The notes beneath the pieces are model-generated. The model ran no database searches. It was given only the letters and a program-made list of their open reading frames with translations, and was not told where the DNA came from. The position numbers and the translations under genes are program-made. A stretch of DNA of 52,860 nt, from contig JAURCF010000001.1 of NCBI GenBank assembly GCA_030828565.1, positions 1-52,860 on the forward strand, given 5' to 3'. Within the stretch, counting starts at the first letter, position 1. Each line of letters begins with the position of its first letter. This DNA is from Flavobacteriaceae bacterium. GTDB lineage: Bacteria > Bacteroidota > Bacteroidia > Flavobacteriales > Flavobacteriaceae. Below are positions 38,184-48,150 of this stretch, piece after piece.

Positions 38184-40769
38184 ATGACTTCAAACACCTC
38201 TTTAGACCGTTTCAACGAATCGGTTCTCTCCAAATTTAATATTTACAATAGCATTTTTTCTACATTGCCCTATGACAGTATTTCCAATACGGCGGTCATG
38301 TTGCCTTTATTCTCCCGAATTTGTTCTGATGGGTTCGATAAAGGCTTTAATCCAACCGAAATTGTTGAAAAATTCTTCAATCAGTTCTTAAAAGATGCCC
38401 CTGAAGATGAAAAAATATCATTATTATTTCAATTCATTCAATACATTGAGCGTCAAGTTGTTTTGTTTGATGCCATTGAAGACGCTGGATTTTCAGAAAT
38501 AAACAATTTAAAAGGTAGGGGAACTCTTAAGAATTTTAAAGAAGAAGCCAAAGCAAGAGGGGAATTAAAAAAACTCGAAAAACACCTCAAACACCTCAAA
38601 ATTCGTCCTGTGCTTACAGCTCACCCTACGCAGTTTTATCCTGGTTCAGTATTAGGGATTATTACCGACTTGGCGGCCTCTGTTCAAAAAAATGATTTAC
38701 CAACAATAAAAGGATTGTTATCTCAATTGGGGAAAACTCCTTTTTTCAAACAAAAAAAGCCCACTCCTTATGACGAGGCTACTAGCTTGATATGGTATTT
38801 GGAAAATGTTTTTTATTTTGCTGTAAGCAATATTCAAAATTATATTAAACACAATATTTCTTCTTCAATTACTGATTTTAATGAGATTGTAAATCTTGGG
38901 TTTTGGCCAGGTGGTGACCGTGATGGAAATCCATTTGTAACCACAGAAATCACAATTAAAACCGCTCAAAAATTAAGAAGTACCTTAATTAAAAACTATT
39001 ACAGGGATGCGCGAAGACTTCGAAGAAGACTTACATTTCGTGATGTTGAGCCATTGATTGTTGAAATTGAAACCAAACTGTACCGCAGCATTTTTCAAAC
39101 GACCGAAACGCCTAAAATTAGCTTGGAGGAATTGAAAGAAAAATTACAAACAATCAAAGATCTTTTAATTAACGACCATCAGTCGTTGTTTTTGGACGAA
39201 GTCGAAGAGTTTATAGGACGTGTTGATGTGTTTGGTTTTTATTTTGCTTCTTTAGACATTCGTCAAGATTCAAGAGTACACCATACCGCATTTTCACAAC
39301 TTTTATCTGATGCAAAAAGCAGTGGAGTAACCTTGATGAAAAAAGAGTACAGTTCTATGACTGAACAAGAAAAAATGAAAGTGCTTCCTTCTTTGGTTGG
39401 AGATCTTTCTTTGGACCTTTTTCAGGACGATTTGGTTAAGAAAACTTTAGGTTCTATAAGAGCTATGAAGCAAATTCAGCGTTCTAACGGTGAAAAAGGA
39501 TGCAATCGATATATTATCAGCAACAATCAGTCCGCATTGAATGTTTTGGAAGTTTTTGCTATGATTCGATTGAGCGATTGGGAGGTACCATCTGTGGACA
39601 TTGCACCCTTGTTTGAAACTGTTCCTGATTTGGAAGTAGCTCCCGATGTAATGGATGCTATTTATTCGGATCCTACTTACAGAGCGCATTTGGAACGTCG
39701 AGGCAACAAACAAACGATCATGCTTGGGTTTTCGGATGGAACCAAAGACGGGGGTTATTTGATGGCCAATTGGAGTATATACAAAGCCAAAGAAAATCTT
39801 TCTCGTATTTCTCGTAAACACGGTATCAAAGTATTGTTTTTTGACGGACGTGGTGGACCACCAGCTCGAGGAGGAGGAAACACTCACCAGTTCTATGCTT
39901 CGCTTGGGAATACCATTGAATCGGATGAAATTCAGTTGACTGTTCAAGGGCAAACCATTAGCTCAAATTTTGGAACCATTGATTCTTGTCAGTATAATTT
40001 AGAACAGCTATTGAGTGCAGGAATTACGAATAAAGTCTTTGGCAACGACAGCGAAAGTTTGTCCAAAGAGGATCGAAAAACAATGGATAAATTGGCGAAA
40101 ATAAGCTACCAAGTATATTCGGATTTCAAGTCTCATCCTTGTTTTATACCTTATTTGGAGCGAATGAGTACTCTAAAATATTATGCAAAAACAAACATTG
40201 GAAGCCGCCCTTCCAAACGAGGGAAATCCGAGGGATTGAATTTTTCTGACCTTCGAGCCATACCTTTTGTTGGAAGTTGGAGCCAGCTAAAACAAAACGT
40301 TCCAGGTTTTTACGGAGTAGGATCTGCTTTGCAGGAATTTGTAGAGGCTGGAAATTTTAAAGAAGTCAAATCGTTGTATCAAAATTCTGCATTTTTTAGA
40401 ACGCTGCTTTCCAACAGTATGATGAGTTTGACAAAATCTTTTTTCAAACTTACTGCTTATATGCAAAACGATCCTGAATTTGGAGATTTCTGGAAATTGA
40501 TTTACGAAGAATACAAATTGACAAAATCGCTTCTTTTGAAATTGTCGGGCTATAATACACTGATGGAGGATCAGCCTGCGGGTAAAGCTTCTATTATGGT
40601 CCGAGAAAACATTGTATTGCCATTGCTTACGATTCAGCAATATGCTTTGCAAACCATACAAAAAATGGAGGCTGAAGGTGGACATTCAAAGAAAGAATTG
40701 TTGGTTTACGAAAAAATGGTCACACGCTCGCTTTTTGGAAATATTAATGCCAGTCGGAATTCTGCTTAA
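38184..40769 (+). CDS. ppc: phosphoenolpyruvate carboxylase
   Basis: VLTAHPTQ, GFSDGTKDGG and FFDGRGGPPARGGG signatures. 861 aa. Confidence 0.95.
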   Translation: MTSNTSLDRFNESVLSKFNIYNSIFSTLPYDSISNTAVMLPLFSRICSDGFDKGFNPTEIVEKFFNQFLKDAPEDEKISLLFQFIQYIERQVVLFDAIEDAGFSEINNLKGRGTLKNFKEEAKARGELKKLEKHLKHLKIRPVLTAHPTQFYPGSVLGIITDLAASVQKNDLPTIKGLLSQLGKTPFFKQKKPTPYDEATSLIWYLENVFYFAVSNIQNYIKHNISSSITDFNEIVNLGFWPGGDRDGNPFVTTEITIKTAQKLRSTLIKNYYRDARRLRRRLTFRDVEPLIVEIETKLYRSIFQTTETPKISLEELKEKLQTIKDLLINDHQSLFLDEVEEFIGRVDVFGFYFASLDIRQDSRVHHTAFSQLLSDAKSSGVTLMKKEYSSMTEQEKMKVLPSLVGDLSLDLFQDDLVKKTLGSIRAMKQIQRSNGEKGCNRYIISNNQSALNVLEVFAMIRLSDWEVPSVDIAPLFETVPDLEVAPDVMDAIYSDPTYRAHLERRGNKQTIMLGFSDGTKDGGYLMANWSIYKAKENLSRISRKHGIKVLFFDGRGGPPARGGGNTHQFYASLGNTIESDEIQLTVQGQTISSNFGTIDSCQYNLEQLLSAGITNKVFGNDSESLSKEDRKTMDKLAKISYQVYSDFKSHPCFIPYLERMSTLKYYAKTNIGSRPSKRGKSEGLNFSDLRAIPFVGSWSQLKQNVPGFYGVGSALQEFVEAGNFKEVKSLYQNSAFFRTLLSNSMMSLTKSFFKLTAYMQNDPEFGDFWKLIYEEYKLTKSLLLKLSGYNTLMEDQPAGKASIMVRENIVLPLLTIQQYALQTIQKMEAEGGHSKKELLVYEKMVTRSLFGNINASRNSA

Positions 40770-40881
40770 TTTGTTTCGCTAGCAAGATCACACTTTGAAC
40801 TCTTTGTATTGCACCATCGCGATAAATAGTCTCATTATTTATTGATCCGAACAGGCAAGTTTGTTGTTTATCTGGCTATGT

Positions 40882-41946
40882 TCAGTCCAAATAAAATTGA
40901 AAAGCTTTGTGAATAAGTTTGTTATCAACAGTAACGTCGATATCGTGAACGCCTATATCCTTTAAAAGTATAAAGTTGATGTTTCCATGAGCGTTCTTTT
41001 TATCATATTTCATTAATTCAATAATAGGCTCAATATCTGAAGTATCAATAGCTACCTGAGGAAAAATATCATGCATCACAGACTTTATGTCCAACATGTA
41101 TTCTTTTGAAAAACCGCACAAGTGGTGTGACAAATATCCAGCGAGTACCATTCCAATGGCTATCGCTTCACCGTGAAGCAGTTTTTTCTTAGAAGAGTGA
41201 CTCAAAAAATGAGATTCGATTGCATGGCCAAGCGTATGACCAAAGTTGAGTGTTTTTCTCAAAGAATCTTCTCTAGGATCTTCGGTAACTACCTTGTTTT
41301 TTATTTCAATCGATCGATGTATATAAGGCAACAATTCCCCTGAATGAATGGATTTGTAATCTTTCAAAGCATTCCAATACTTCAAATCAGCAATGAGTCC
41401 GTGTTTGAGCATTTCAGCATATCCACTTCTGACTTCTTCGTTGGGAAGGGTATAAAGGTAGTTAGGATCCACCAAAACCATTTGCGGCTCGCTAATCACT
41501 CCAATTTGGTTTTTTAAGTTGCCCAAATCTACTCCGGTTTTTCCTCCAACAGAAGCATCCACCATCGACAATAGGGTAGTGGGAATGTTTACATAATCGA
41601 TTCCTCTTTTGAAGGTACATGCAACAAAACCTCCCAAATCGGTAACAACACCGCCGCCCAAATTCATCAGCAAGCTTTTTCTGTCAGCGCCTAATTCTGA
41701 TAAGGCTTCCCAAACCCCCATACAAGTCTCAAGATGTTTGTGCTCTTCTCCTGCGTCGATTTCAATGATTTCAGTTGCTTCAAATTCCAATTGCTCTAAA
41801 AAAAGAGAAAGACAATGTTGGTGAGTATTTGTATCTACCAACACAAATAGTTTTGAATACCGTTTGTTTTTCAATAACGCATTGAGTGATTCGTAGCCTT
41901 TAGCTTCAAAGTGTACAAAGGAATGTTGGGATTGTATAGATTTCAT
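40882..41946 (-). CDS. aroB: 3-dehydroquinate synthase
   Basis: GGGVVTDLGGFVA, PTTLLSMVDASVGGKTGV and LNFGHTLGHAIE motifs. 354 aa. Confidence 0.9.
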   Translation of the reverse strand: MKSIQSQHSFVHFEAKGYESLNALLKNKRYSKLFVLVDTNTHQHCLSLFLEQLEFEATEIIEIDAGEEHKHLETCMGVWEALSELGADRKSLLMNLGGGVVTDLGGFVACTFKRGIDYVNIPTTLLSMVDASVGGKTGVDLGNLKNQIGVISEPQMVLVDPNYLYTLPNEEVRSGYAEMLKHGLIADLKYWNALKDYKSIHSGELLPYIHRSIEIKNKVVTEDPREDSLRKTLNFGHTLGHAIESHFLSHSSKKKLLHGEAIAIGMVLAGYLSHHLCGFSKEYMLDIKSVMHDIFPQVAIDTSDIEPIIELMKYDKKNAHGNINFILLKDIGVHDIDVTVDNKLIHKAFQFYLD

Positions 41947-42021
41947 TGAATTGGATTACCCAGCAAAAATAACATCTTTTTTAGGAAATTCTATGTACAT
42001 TTATTTAATAAATAGCCTTTT

Positions 42022-43191
42022 ATGCACCTACTTTTTGAAAATACAGAAACCGCTTTTTCTTTAAAAAGTGACGCTGAGCTTGAGCGGGCTTACTTTTTAT
42101 TCAAACTGATTGCCAACGAGCCTTTGGTTCGAATCGGTACGGCTGTCACTAATTTTGCCATAAAAGCCTCTTTGCCTGTTGAGGGATTAATTCGAGCTAC
42201 GGTGTTTGATCATTTTTGTGGCGGTACTTCCGAATCCGATTGTCTCCCTATCATTGATAAAATGTATCAAAAGGGAGTGAGTTCTGTCCTTGATTATTCT
42301 GTAGAAGGAGCAGAAAAGGAGTCATTGTTCGAAGCGTGCTTCGAACGCGTATGTTCGCTTTTGGAGTTTGTAAAAGCCAAAAGATCCATTCCTTTTGCGG
42401 TCTTTAAGCCTTCGGGATATGGGCGTATTGTACTGTATGAAAAAGTAAGTCAAAACCTCCCTTTAAACGACCAAGAATCCCAAGAGTGGGATCGGGTGGT
42501 GCGTCGTTTTAAAAACACCTGTCAAAAAGCCAACGAATTGGGGGTCATGTTGCTCATAGATGCAGAAGAAAGCTGGATTCAACCTGCTGTGGATAATTTG
42601 GTTGAACAAATGATGGCGCTTTACAATCGGGATCGAACCCTTATTTTCAACACTTTTCAAATGTACCGATGGGATCGTTTGAAATATATGAAAAATGCGC
42701 TCCAAAAAGCACATCAAAACGGGTATTTTGTTGGCGCAAAGCTGGTTAGAGGAGCTTATTTGGAAAAAGAAAATGAGCGTGCAAAATCCCGTGGGTATCC
42801 ATCGCCTATTTGCGTTTCCAAAGCCGAAACAGATGCAAATTACAATGCAGGAGTTGATTTTTGTATGGATCACTTGGATCGATTGGATCTTTTTGTAGGT
42901 ACGCACAACGAAGCATCCACCTATTATGTTTTACAAAAAATGAGTGCTATGAATTTGTCAAACAACGATCCGCGCATTTGGTTTGGACAACTCTATGGGA
43001 TGAGCGATCACATTAGTTATAATTTATCTACAATGGGTTATCAGGTAGCCAAGTACTTGCCTTTTGGACCTGTAAAGGATGTGATGCCCTACTTGATTCG
43101 AAGAGCAGAAGAAAATACTTCGGTAGCTGGGCAAACCAATAGAGAATTGGAATTGATACGATCTGAGCGTAAACGTCGAAAGATCAACTAG
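42022..43191 (+). CDS. monofunctional proline dehydrogenase
   Basis: PRODH barrel motifs VRGAYLEKE, VGTHNE, FGQLYGMSD and a C-terminal RRAEENTS. 389 aa, with no fused P5C dehydrogenase. Confidence 0.85.
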   Translation: MHLLFENTETAFSLKSDAELERAYFLFKLIANEPLVRIGTAVTNFAIKASLPVEGLIRATVFDHFCGGTSESDCLPIIDKMYQKGVSSVLDYSVEGAEKESLFEACFERVCSLLEFVKAKRSIPFAVFKPSGYGRIVLYEKVSQNLPLNDQESQEWDRVVRRFKNTCQKANELGVMLLIDAEESWIQPAVDNLVEQMMALYNRDRTLIFNTFQMYRWDRLKYMKNALQKAHQNGYFVGAKLVRGAYLEKENERAKSRGYPSPICVSKAETDANYNAGVDFCMDHLDRLDLFVGTHNEASTYYVLQKMSAMNLSNNDPRIWFGQLYGMSDHISYNLSTMGYQVAKYLPFGPVKDVMPYLIRRAEENTSVAGQTNRELELIRSERKRRKIN

Positions 43192-43541
43192 TTGTTTTTT
43201 TTATTAAGGTTCTGAAAGGTGGCTGTTTCATTACAATTAACCACTTCAAAACTATAATTATCAGTTTCAATCCAATAGGTATTGCATTCGCCATCATCCA
43301 CTATGCTTTTTGAGAAAACTACATTTGCCTTTTTCATGAGCCTTAAATAAATAGAATCCTCAGTAACAGGCAATGAAAAATGATGGCCTTGAATCCGTTC
43401 TTTTTTAGAAATATTACTCAACACTCTTGCATCGGGAGCGTAGTTACATTGGGTCTTTTTTCCACTCAAAAAGAACATTAAAAAAACAATTCCGATAGCA
43501 AAACCGCCCAAGTAAAAACCAAATCGTTGCCAAATATTCAT
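43188..43541 (-). CDS. hypothetical N-terminally membrane-anchored protein
   Basis: 117 aa with one N-terminal TM helix (FGFYLGGFAIGIVFLMFFL). It overlaps the tsaE stop by 4 nt. No family is recognised. Confidence 0.45.
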   Translation of the reverse strand: MNIWQRFGFYLGGFAIGIVFLMFFLSGKKTQCNYAPDARVLSNISKKERIQGHHFSLPVTEDSIYLRLMKKANVVFSKSIVDDGECNTYWIETDNYSFEVVNCNETATFQNLNKKNN

Positions 43542-43948
43542 AATGGTGTGTGTGTGATGGTGAGTGTGCGTTTTGACGGAGCATCTACCTGAATCTCAAT
43601 GATAGAGTGGTTTTTAGGAATCAATGAAGGAATTTGTTCGGGCCATTCCACAAAACAATAAGATCCAGAATAAAAATATTCTTCCACTCCAAAATCCAGC
43701 GCTTCACTTTCGTCGTTCAAGCGATACATATCAAAATGATACAACGGAAGGGTGGGTGTTTGGTATTCGTTTACCAACGAAAAAGTGGGGCTGCTAATGC
43801 CTTTGGTTACGCCAAGTTGTTGCGCTAAGGATGTAATGAGTGTTGTTTTTCCTGCACCCAACGAACCTTTCAACAACACGACAGGATGCACCAACTGTGG
43901 AATGATATCCGCAGCAATTAGGTCTATTTCGCTCAAGTCGTATTGCAT
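43538..43948 (-). CDS. tsaE: tRNA t6A37 biosynthesis ATPase TsaE
   Basis: P-loop GSLGAGKTTL, plus SPTFSLVNEY and HFDMYRL. 136 aa. Confidence 0.9.
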   Translation of the reverse strand: MQYDLSEIDLIAADIIPQLVHPVVLLKGSLGAGKTTLITSLAQQLGVTKGISSPTFSLVNEYQTPTLPLYHFDMYRLNDESEALDFGVEEYFYSGSYCFVEWPEQIPSLIPKNHSIIEIQVDAPSKRTLTITHTPL

Positions 43949-44129
43949 TTAGTACTTTTTGTGCAAAAATAGGATTCCTTTGACAATGTGACAACAATTT
44001 TCAATCTCTTTTCAATTCCAATTTGTGTTCCGACATGGCTCCTAAGACCATCACAACAAACGAAATATAGGAAGCTGAAGCTACCAAATGGGATTGAGCA
44101 TCTGTAAGTTTATGGATTGTTTTCATAAA

Positions 44130-44154
44130 CGGAATCAATGTAACATTGATTCCG
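44130..44154 (-). terminator. perfect 11-bp stem / 3-nt loop hairpin downstream of porX (terminator candidate)
   Basis: CGGAATCAATG (44130-44140), TAA loop, CATTGATTCCG (44144-44154). On the minus strand it is followed only by TTTAT, so the U-tract is weak. Confidence 0.35.
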
Positions 44155-44253
44155 GTTAAAAACCGAAAATAAAGAACCATCCAGCGATGATAGATATGGG
44201 TATAAAATTGTTTGCGCCCGATTTATTGTGTGTGCTACTCATTAATTGGTGTT

Positions 44254-45801
44254 TTATTTAGGAGATAGCACAACAAAGGGAATGATCATTTCTTCAATCG
44301 AAATTCCTCCGTGTTGATAGGTGTTTTTAAAATAGTTTACAAATTTATTGTAATTATTTGGATATGTTAGATAGTAGCTTTCTTTGGCAAATACAAACGA
44401 ACTGGTCATGTTAATAGTAGGCAAATGAAAATCCGAAGGATTAGTTACTGCCAAAACATCATGTGCTTCGTAATTCAGTCGTTTGCCTGTCTTGTAACGC
44501 AGGTTTTGACTACTTTCCCTGTCTCCAATGATTTTGGAGGGATTTTTTACATTAATGGTTCCATGATCTGTTGTGATCATAAGTTGAAAACCCAAATTTT
44601 GAGCTTGTTGAATGATGTCATACAAAGGGGAGTTCTTGAACCAACTCAGTGTCAATGAGCGGTAGGCTTTATCTGTTGAAGCCAATTCTTTAATAACTTC
44701 CATTTCTGTTTTGGCATGGGAAATCATATCCACAAAATTGTATACAATCACCGTCAAGTCATTTGTCTTTTGAGTTTCCAGGCTTTCCGCTAGCTTTTTC
44801 CCGTTCTTGAGTTGTGTTATTTTGTGGTATTGAAACGAAATATCTTTATTAAGTCTATTGATTTGTGCTTCTAGAAACGAAGCTTCGAATAAATTTTTTC
44901 CGCCCTCATCAGTATCGTTTTTCCACCATTCAGGATGTTGTTTTTCCATTTCAGAAGGCATTAGCCCCGAAAACATAGCATTACGCGCATATTGCGTAGC
45001 CGTTGGAAGAATACTACTGTAGGCAATTTCTTTTTGCTTTGTAAAATGTTGCTCAATGACAGGTTCTATAACTTTCCATTGATCGTAGCGAAGGTTGTCA
45101 ACAACCAATAGTAGTGTTGGTTTGTCCTTATTGATTTTTGGAAAAACTTCATTTTTAAACAATGTGTGAGAAAATTCAATTCCGTTTGAATCTTCAATGA
45201 GGTCAGAATAATTTTTTTCTATAAATTTTCCAAATTGAATGTTCGCTTCTGATTTTTGACTATTTAAAATTTCTAGCATTTGGGTGTCTTCAACGTTTTC
45301 GAGTTCCAATTCCCAATAGAGTAATTTTTCATACAACTCCACCCAGCCCTCATAAGTATTTATGTAGGACATGTCCATTGCGATTGTGCGAAATTCTTGT
45401 TGATATCCTAGGGTTGTTTTTTCTGACACCAATCTCGAATGGTCAAGGTTTTTTTTGAGTGAGAGCAAAATTTGACTGGGATTGACAGGCTTGATCAGGT
45501 AATCCGATATTTTACCACCAATGGCTTCTTCCATGATGTTTTCTTCCTCACTTTTTGTAATCATTACAATAGGGAGTGAGGGTTGTTTTATTTTTATTTG
45601 AGAAAGTGTTTCCAGTCCCGAAATACCTGGCATGTTTTCGTCCAACAACACGATATCAAAATTTTTTTCTGACACCAATTTCAAAGCTTCAGCGCCACTA
45701 TTACTGGATGAAACATTGTATCCTCGCTGCTCTAGGAATAAAATATGAGGTTTTAAATGATGAATTTCGTCATCAACCCATAGAACTCGAAATTCTTTCA
45801 T
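44254..45801 (-). CDS. porX: PorX-type orphan response regulator (REC + PglZ/alkaline-phosphatase-like domain)
   Basis: REC motifs VLWVDDE, DIVLLDENMPG and LIKP. The C-terminal PglZ pattern is LTVIVYNFVDMISH, MITTDHG. 515 aa. Confidence 0.8.
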   Translation of the reverse strand: MKEFRVLWVDDEIHHLKPHILFLEQRGYNVSSSNSGAEALKLVSEKNFDIVLLDENMPGISGLETLSQIKIKQPSLPIVMITKSEEENIMEEAIGGKISDYLIKPVNPSQILLSLKKNLDHSRLVSEKTTLGYQQEFRTIAMDMSYINTYEGWVELYEKLLYWELELENVEDTQMLEILNSQKSEANIQFGKFIEKNYSDLIEDSNGIEFSHTLFKNEVFPKINKDKPTLLLVVDNLRYDQWKVIEPVIEQHFTKQKEIAYSSILPTATQYARNAMFSGLMPSEMEKQHPEWWKNDTDEGGKNLFEASFLEAQINRLNKDISFQYHKITQLKNGKKLAESLETQKTNDLTVIVYNFVDMISHAKTEMEVIKELASTDKAYRSLTLSWFKNSPLYDIIQQAQNLGFQLMITTDHGTINVKNPSKIIGDRESSQNLRYKTGKRLNYEAHDVLAVTNPSDFHLPTINMTSSFVFAKESYYLTYPNNYNKFVNYFKNTYQHGGISIEEMIIPFVVLSPK

Positions 45802-45870
45802 AAGTGTGCATTTGCTAAAAATTATTTTGACTCACTCTATATACGTATATTTGAAATCTAACAATAACAA

Positions 45871-47109
45871 TTGCTTCGATTGAATACAAGTAACAAACAT
45901 AAGATTCTAAACGATCCAATTTACGGTTTTATTTCAATTTTTGATTCGCTTATTTTCGATTTATTAGAAGATCCTCATTTTCAGCGTTTAAGAAGGATTT
46001 CACAAATGGGATTGTCATATTTGGTTTATCCTGGTGCACATCACACGCGCTTTCACCATGCATTGGGTTGTATGCACTTAATGACTAGGGCAGTTGATGT
46101 ATTGCGAATGAAGGGTGTTGAAATTAGCGATCAAGAACGTCAGGGGCTTCAAATAGCTATTTTATTACACGATATTGGCCACGGGCCGTTTTCCCATGCT
46201 ATGGAGCAAAGCATTGTTGAAGGCATTCATCATGAGCAATTATCGCTGTTGTTCATGGAGTCTTTGAATAAAAAACACAACGGTGCGCTCGACCTGGCGA
46301 TTGCAATATTTTCAGGAAACTACCCTCGTAAATTTTTCAACCAATTGATTGCTAGTCAATTGGATATAGATCGATTGGATTACCTCAAAAGAGATAGTTT
46401 TTATACTGGCGTTGCTGAAGGTTCTATCAATTCGCAACGAATGATTAGTATGTTGCACGTTCAAAATGACACCTTGGTAATAGAAGAGAAAGGAATTTAT
46501 TCTGTTGAAAAGTTTTTAGTAGCCAGGCGTTTGATGTACTGGCAAGTGTATTTACACAAAACGAGTTTTGCCGCTGAGGGTGTTATTATTCGTGTTTTGA
46601 ACCGTGCCAAGGAATTGGCACAAACAGGTGTTCAGTTGCCCTGCAGCGATGCATTGAATTACTTTTTAAATCACAAAATTGGGCTTCATAATTTTGATGA
46701 AAACACATTGAACCTATTTTCTCAATTGGATGATTATGATATTATTTCTGCTCTAAAGGAGTGGCAATCTCATTCCGATTTTGTTTTATCAAGTCTTTCT
46801 AAAATGATCATTAACCGTCAGCTTCCAAAAATAAAAATTCAAACGGAACCCCCTGAAGAATCTAAGCTTCTGGCTAAAAAGCAAGCAATAATGAAGTCAA
46901 GCGGATTGACGTCTCATGAAGCTTCCTATTTTGTTTTTGACGGCACTATGGAAAACATTGCTTACGATAAAAACAAACCTCCTATTTTCATTCTTTCAAA
47001 ATCAAAAAAAATGACCGATGTGATTGATGCTTCAGACCAATTGAATTTGCACGCCCTTTCAAAACCAGTTCAAAAGTATTTTGTCTGTTATCCCAAAGGG
47101 ATTCTTTAA
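45871..47109 (+). CDS. HD-domain phosphohydrolase (dNTPase/SAMHD1-like family)
   Basis: [13 protein letters not shown] and [12 protein letters not shown] (H..HD motif), plus [15 protein letters not shown] start at 45871, with no in-frame ATG near the conserved N-terminus NDPIYGF. Confidence 0.8.
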   Translation: MLRLNTSNKHKILNDPIYGFISIFDSLIFDLLEDPHFQRLRRISQMGLSYLVYPGAHHTRFHHALGCMHLMTRAVDVLRMKGVEISDQERQGLQIAILLHDIGHGPFSHAMEQSIVEGIHHEQLSLLFMESLNKKHNGALDLAIAIFSGNYPRKFFNQLIASQLDIDRLDYLKRDSFYTGVAEGSINSQRMISMLHVQNDTLVIEEKGIYSVEKFLVARRLMYWQVYLHKTSFAAEGVIIRVLNRAKELAQTGVQLPCSDALNYFLNHKIGLHNFDENTLNLFSQLDDYDIISALKEWQSHSDFVLSSLSKMIINRQLPKIKIQTEPPEESKLLAKKQAIMKSSGLTSHEASYFVFDGTMENIAYDKNKPPIFILSKSKKMTDVIDASDQLNLHALSKPVQKYFVCYPKGIL

Positions 47110-47129
47110 TTTTTTCATACTTTTGCACG

Positions 47130-48149
47130 ATGAAATTAACAGCTTCTCAAATTGCGGAAATCACTGGCGGTTCCATAGAAGGAGATTCTAAAGTAACAGT
47201 TTCTAAACTTTCAAAAATCGAAGAAGGTAAGAAAGGCTCGTTGTCTTTCCTTTCCAACCCAAAATATACACCCTATTTGTATAAAACCAATTCTTCTATT
47301 GTTTTGATAAACAGTGATTTGGTTCTTGATAAAGAAATCAATCCCACATTGATACGAGTTGAAAATTCATACGAAGCTTTTTCCAAGCTATTGGATTTCT
47401 ATCAACAAATGAAACCTAAAAAAGAGGGTATAGAAACCCCCTCGTTTATTTCAGAGAAAGCGACTCTAGGAAAAAACATATACCTAGGCGCCTTTTCCTA
47501 TATCAACGAGGGATGTGTAATTGGCGACAATGTAAAAATATACCCACAAGTTTATATTGGTGAAAATGTTACCATTGGTGATAAAACCATCGTTTTTCCT
47601 GGAGCTAAAATTCATTCCGATTCGGTAATTGGTTCGGATTGCATTGTGCATAGCAATGTAATTATAGGAGCAGACGGATTTGGATTCAGTCCTTCTAGCG
47701 AGGGAAATTACACTAAGGTTCCCCAAACTGGTAATGTGATTATTGAAGATCATGTTGAAATTGGTGCAGGAACTACCATTGATCGTGCAACATTAGGGTC
47801 AACCATTATTCGAAGAGGAGTTAAGTTGGATAATTTAATTCAAATAGCACACAATGTTGAAGTTGGAGAGCATAGTGTTATTGCTGCCCAAGCAGGAATT
47901 GCGGGGTCTTCAAAAATTGGAAGACACTGTATGATAGGGGGGCAGGCAGGTATAGCTGGACACATCATTGTCGGAGATCGAGTTCAAATTCAGGGTCAAT
48001 CCGGTGTTCTTAGAAACCTTAAAGACGATTCGGTTGTTCAAGGAACTCCAGCCATTGATTTTACACGATATAGCAAATCTTACGTACATTTTAGAAATCT
48101 TACTACTCATATAAATGATCTAGATCAACTTAAGAAAAAATCAAAATAA
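47130..48149 (+). CDS. lpxD: UDP-3-O-acylglucosamine N-acyltransferase
   Basis: N-terminal [13 protein letters not shown], a long left-handed beta-helix hexapeptide region, lipid A cluster context. Confidence 0.9.
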   Translation: MKLTASQIAEITGGSIEGDSKVTVSKLSKIEEGKKGSLSFLSNPKYTPYLYKTNSSIVLINSDLVLDKEINPTLIRVENSYEAFSKLLDFYQQMKPKKEGIETPSFISEKATLGKNIYLGAFSYINEGCVIGDNVKIYPQVYIGENVTIGDKTIVFPGAKIHSDSVIGSDCIVHSNVIIGADGFGFSPSSEGNYTKVPQTGNVIIEDHVEIGAGTTIDRATLGSTIIRRGVKLDNLIQIAHNVEVGEHSVIAAQAGIAGSSKIGRHCMIGGQAGIAGHIIVGDRVQIQGQSGVLRNLKDDSVVQGTPAIDFTRYSKSYVHFRNLTTHINDLDQLKKKSK

Positions 48150-48150
48150 T

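Noticed and set aside
44254-45801. PglZ domain as a sign of a BREX-type phage-defence system
   Set aside because: The PglZ domain is fused to a receiver domain (PorX architecture). None of the BREX partners (methyltransferase, BrxC ATPase, BrxL) is present in the flanks.
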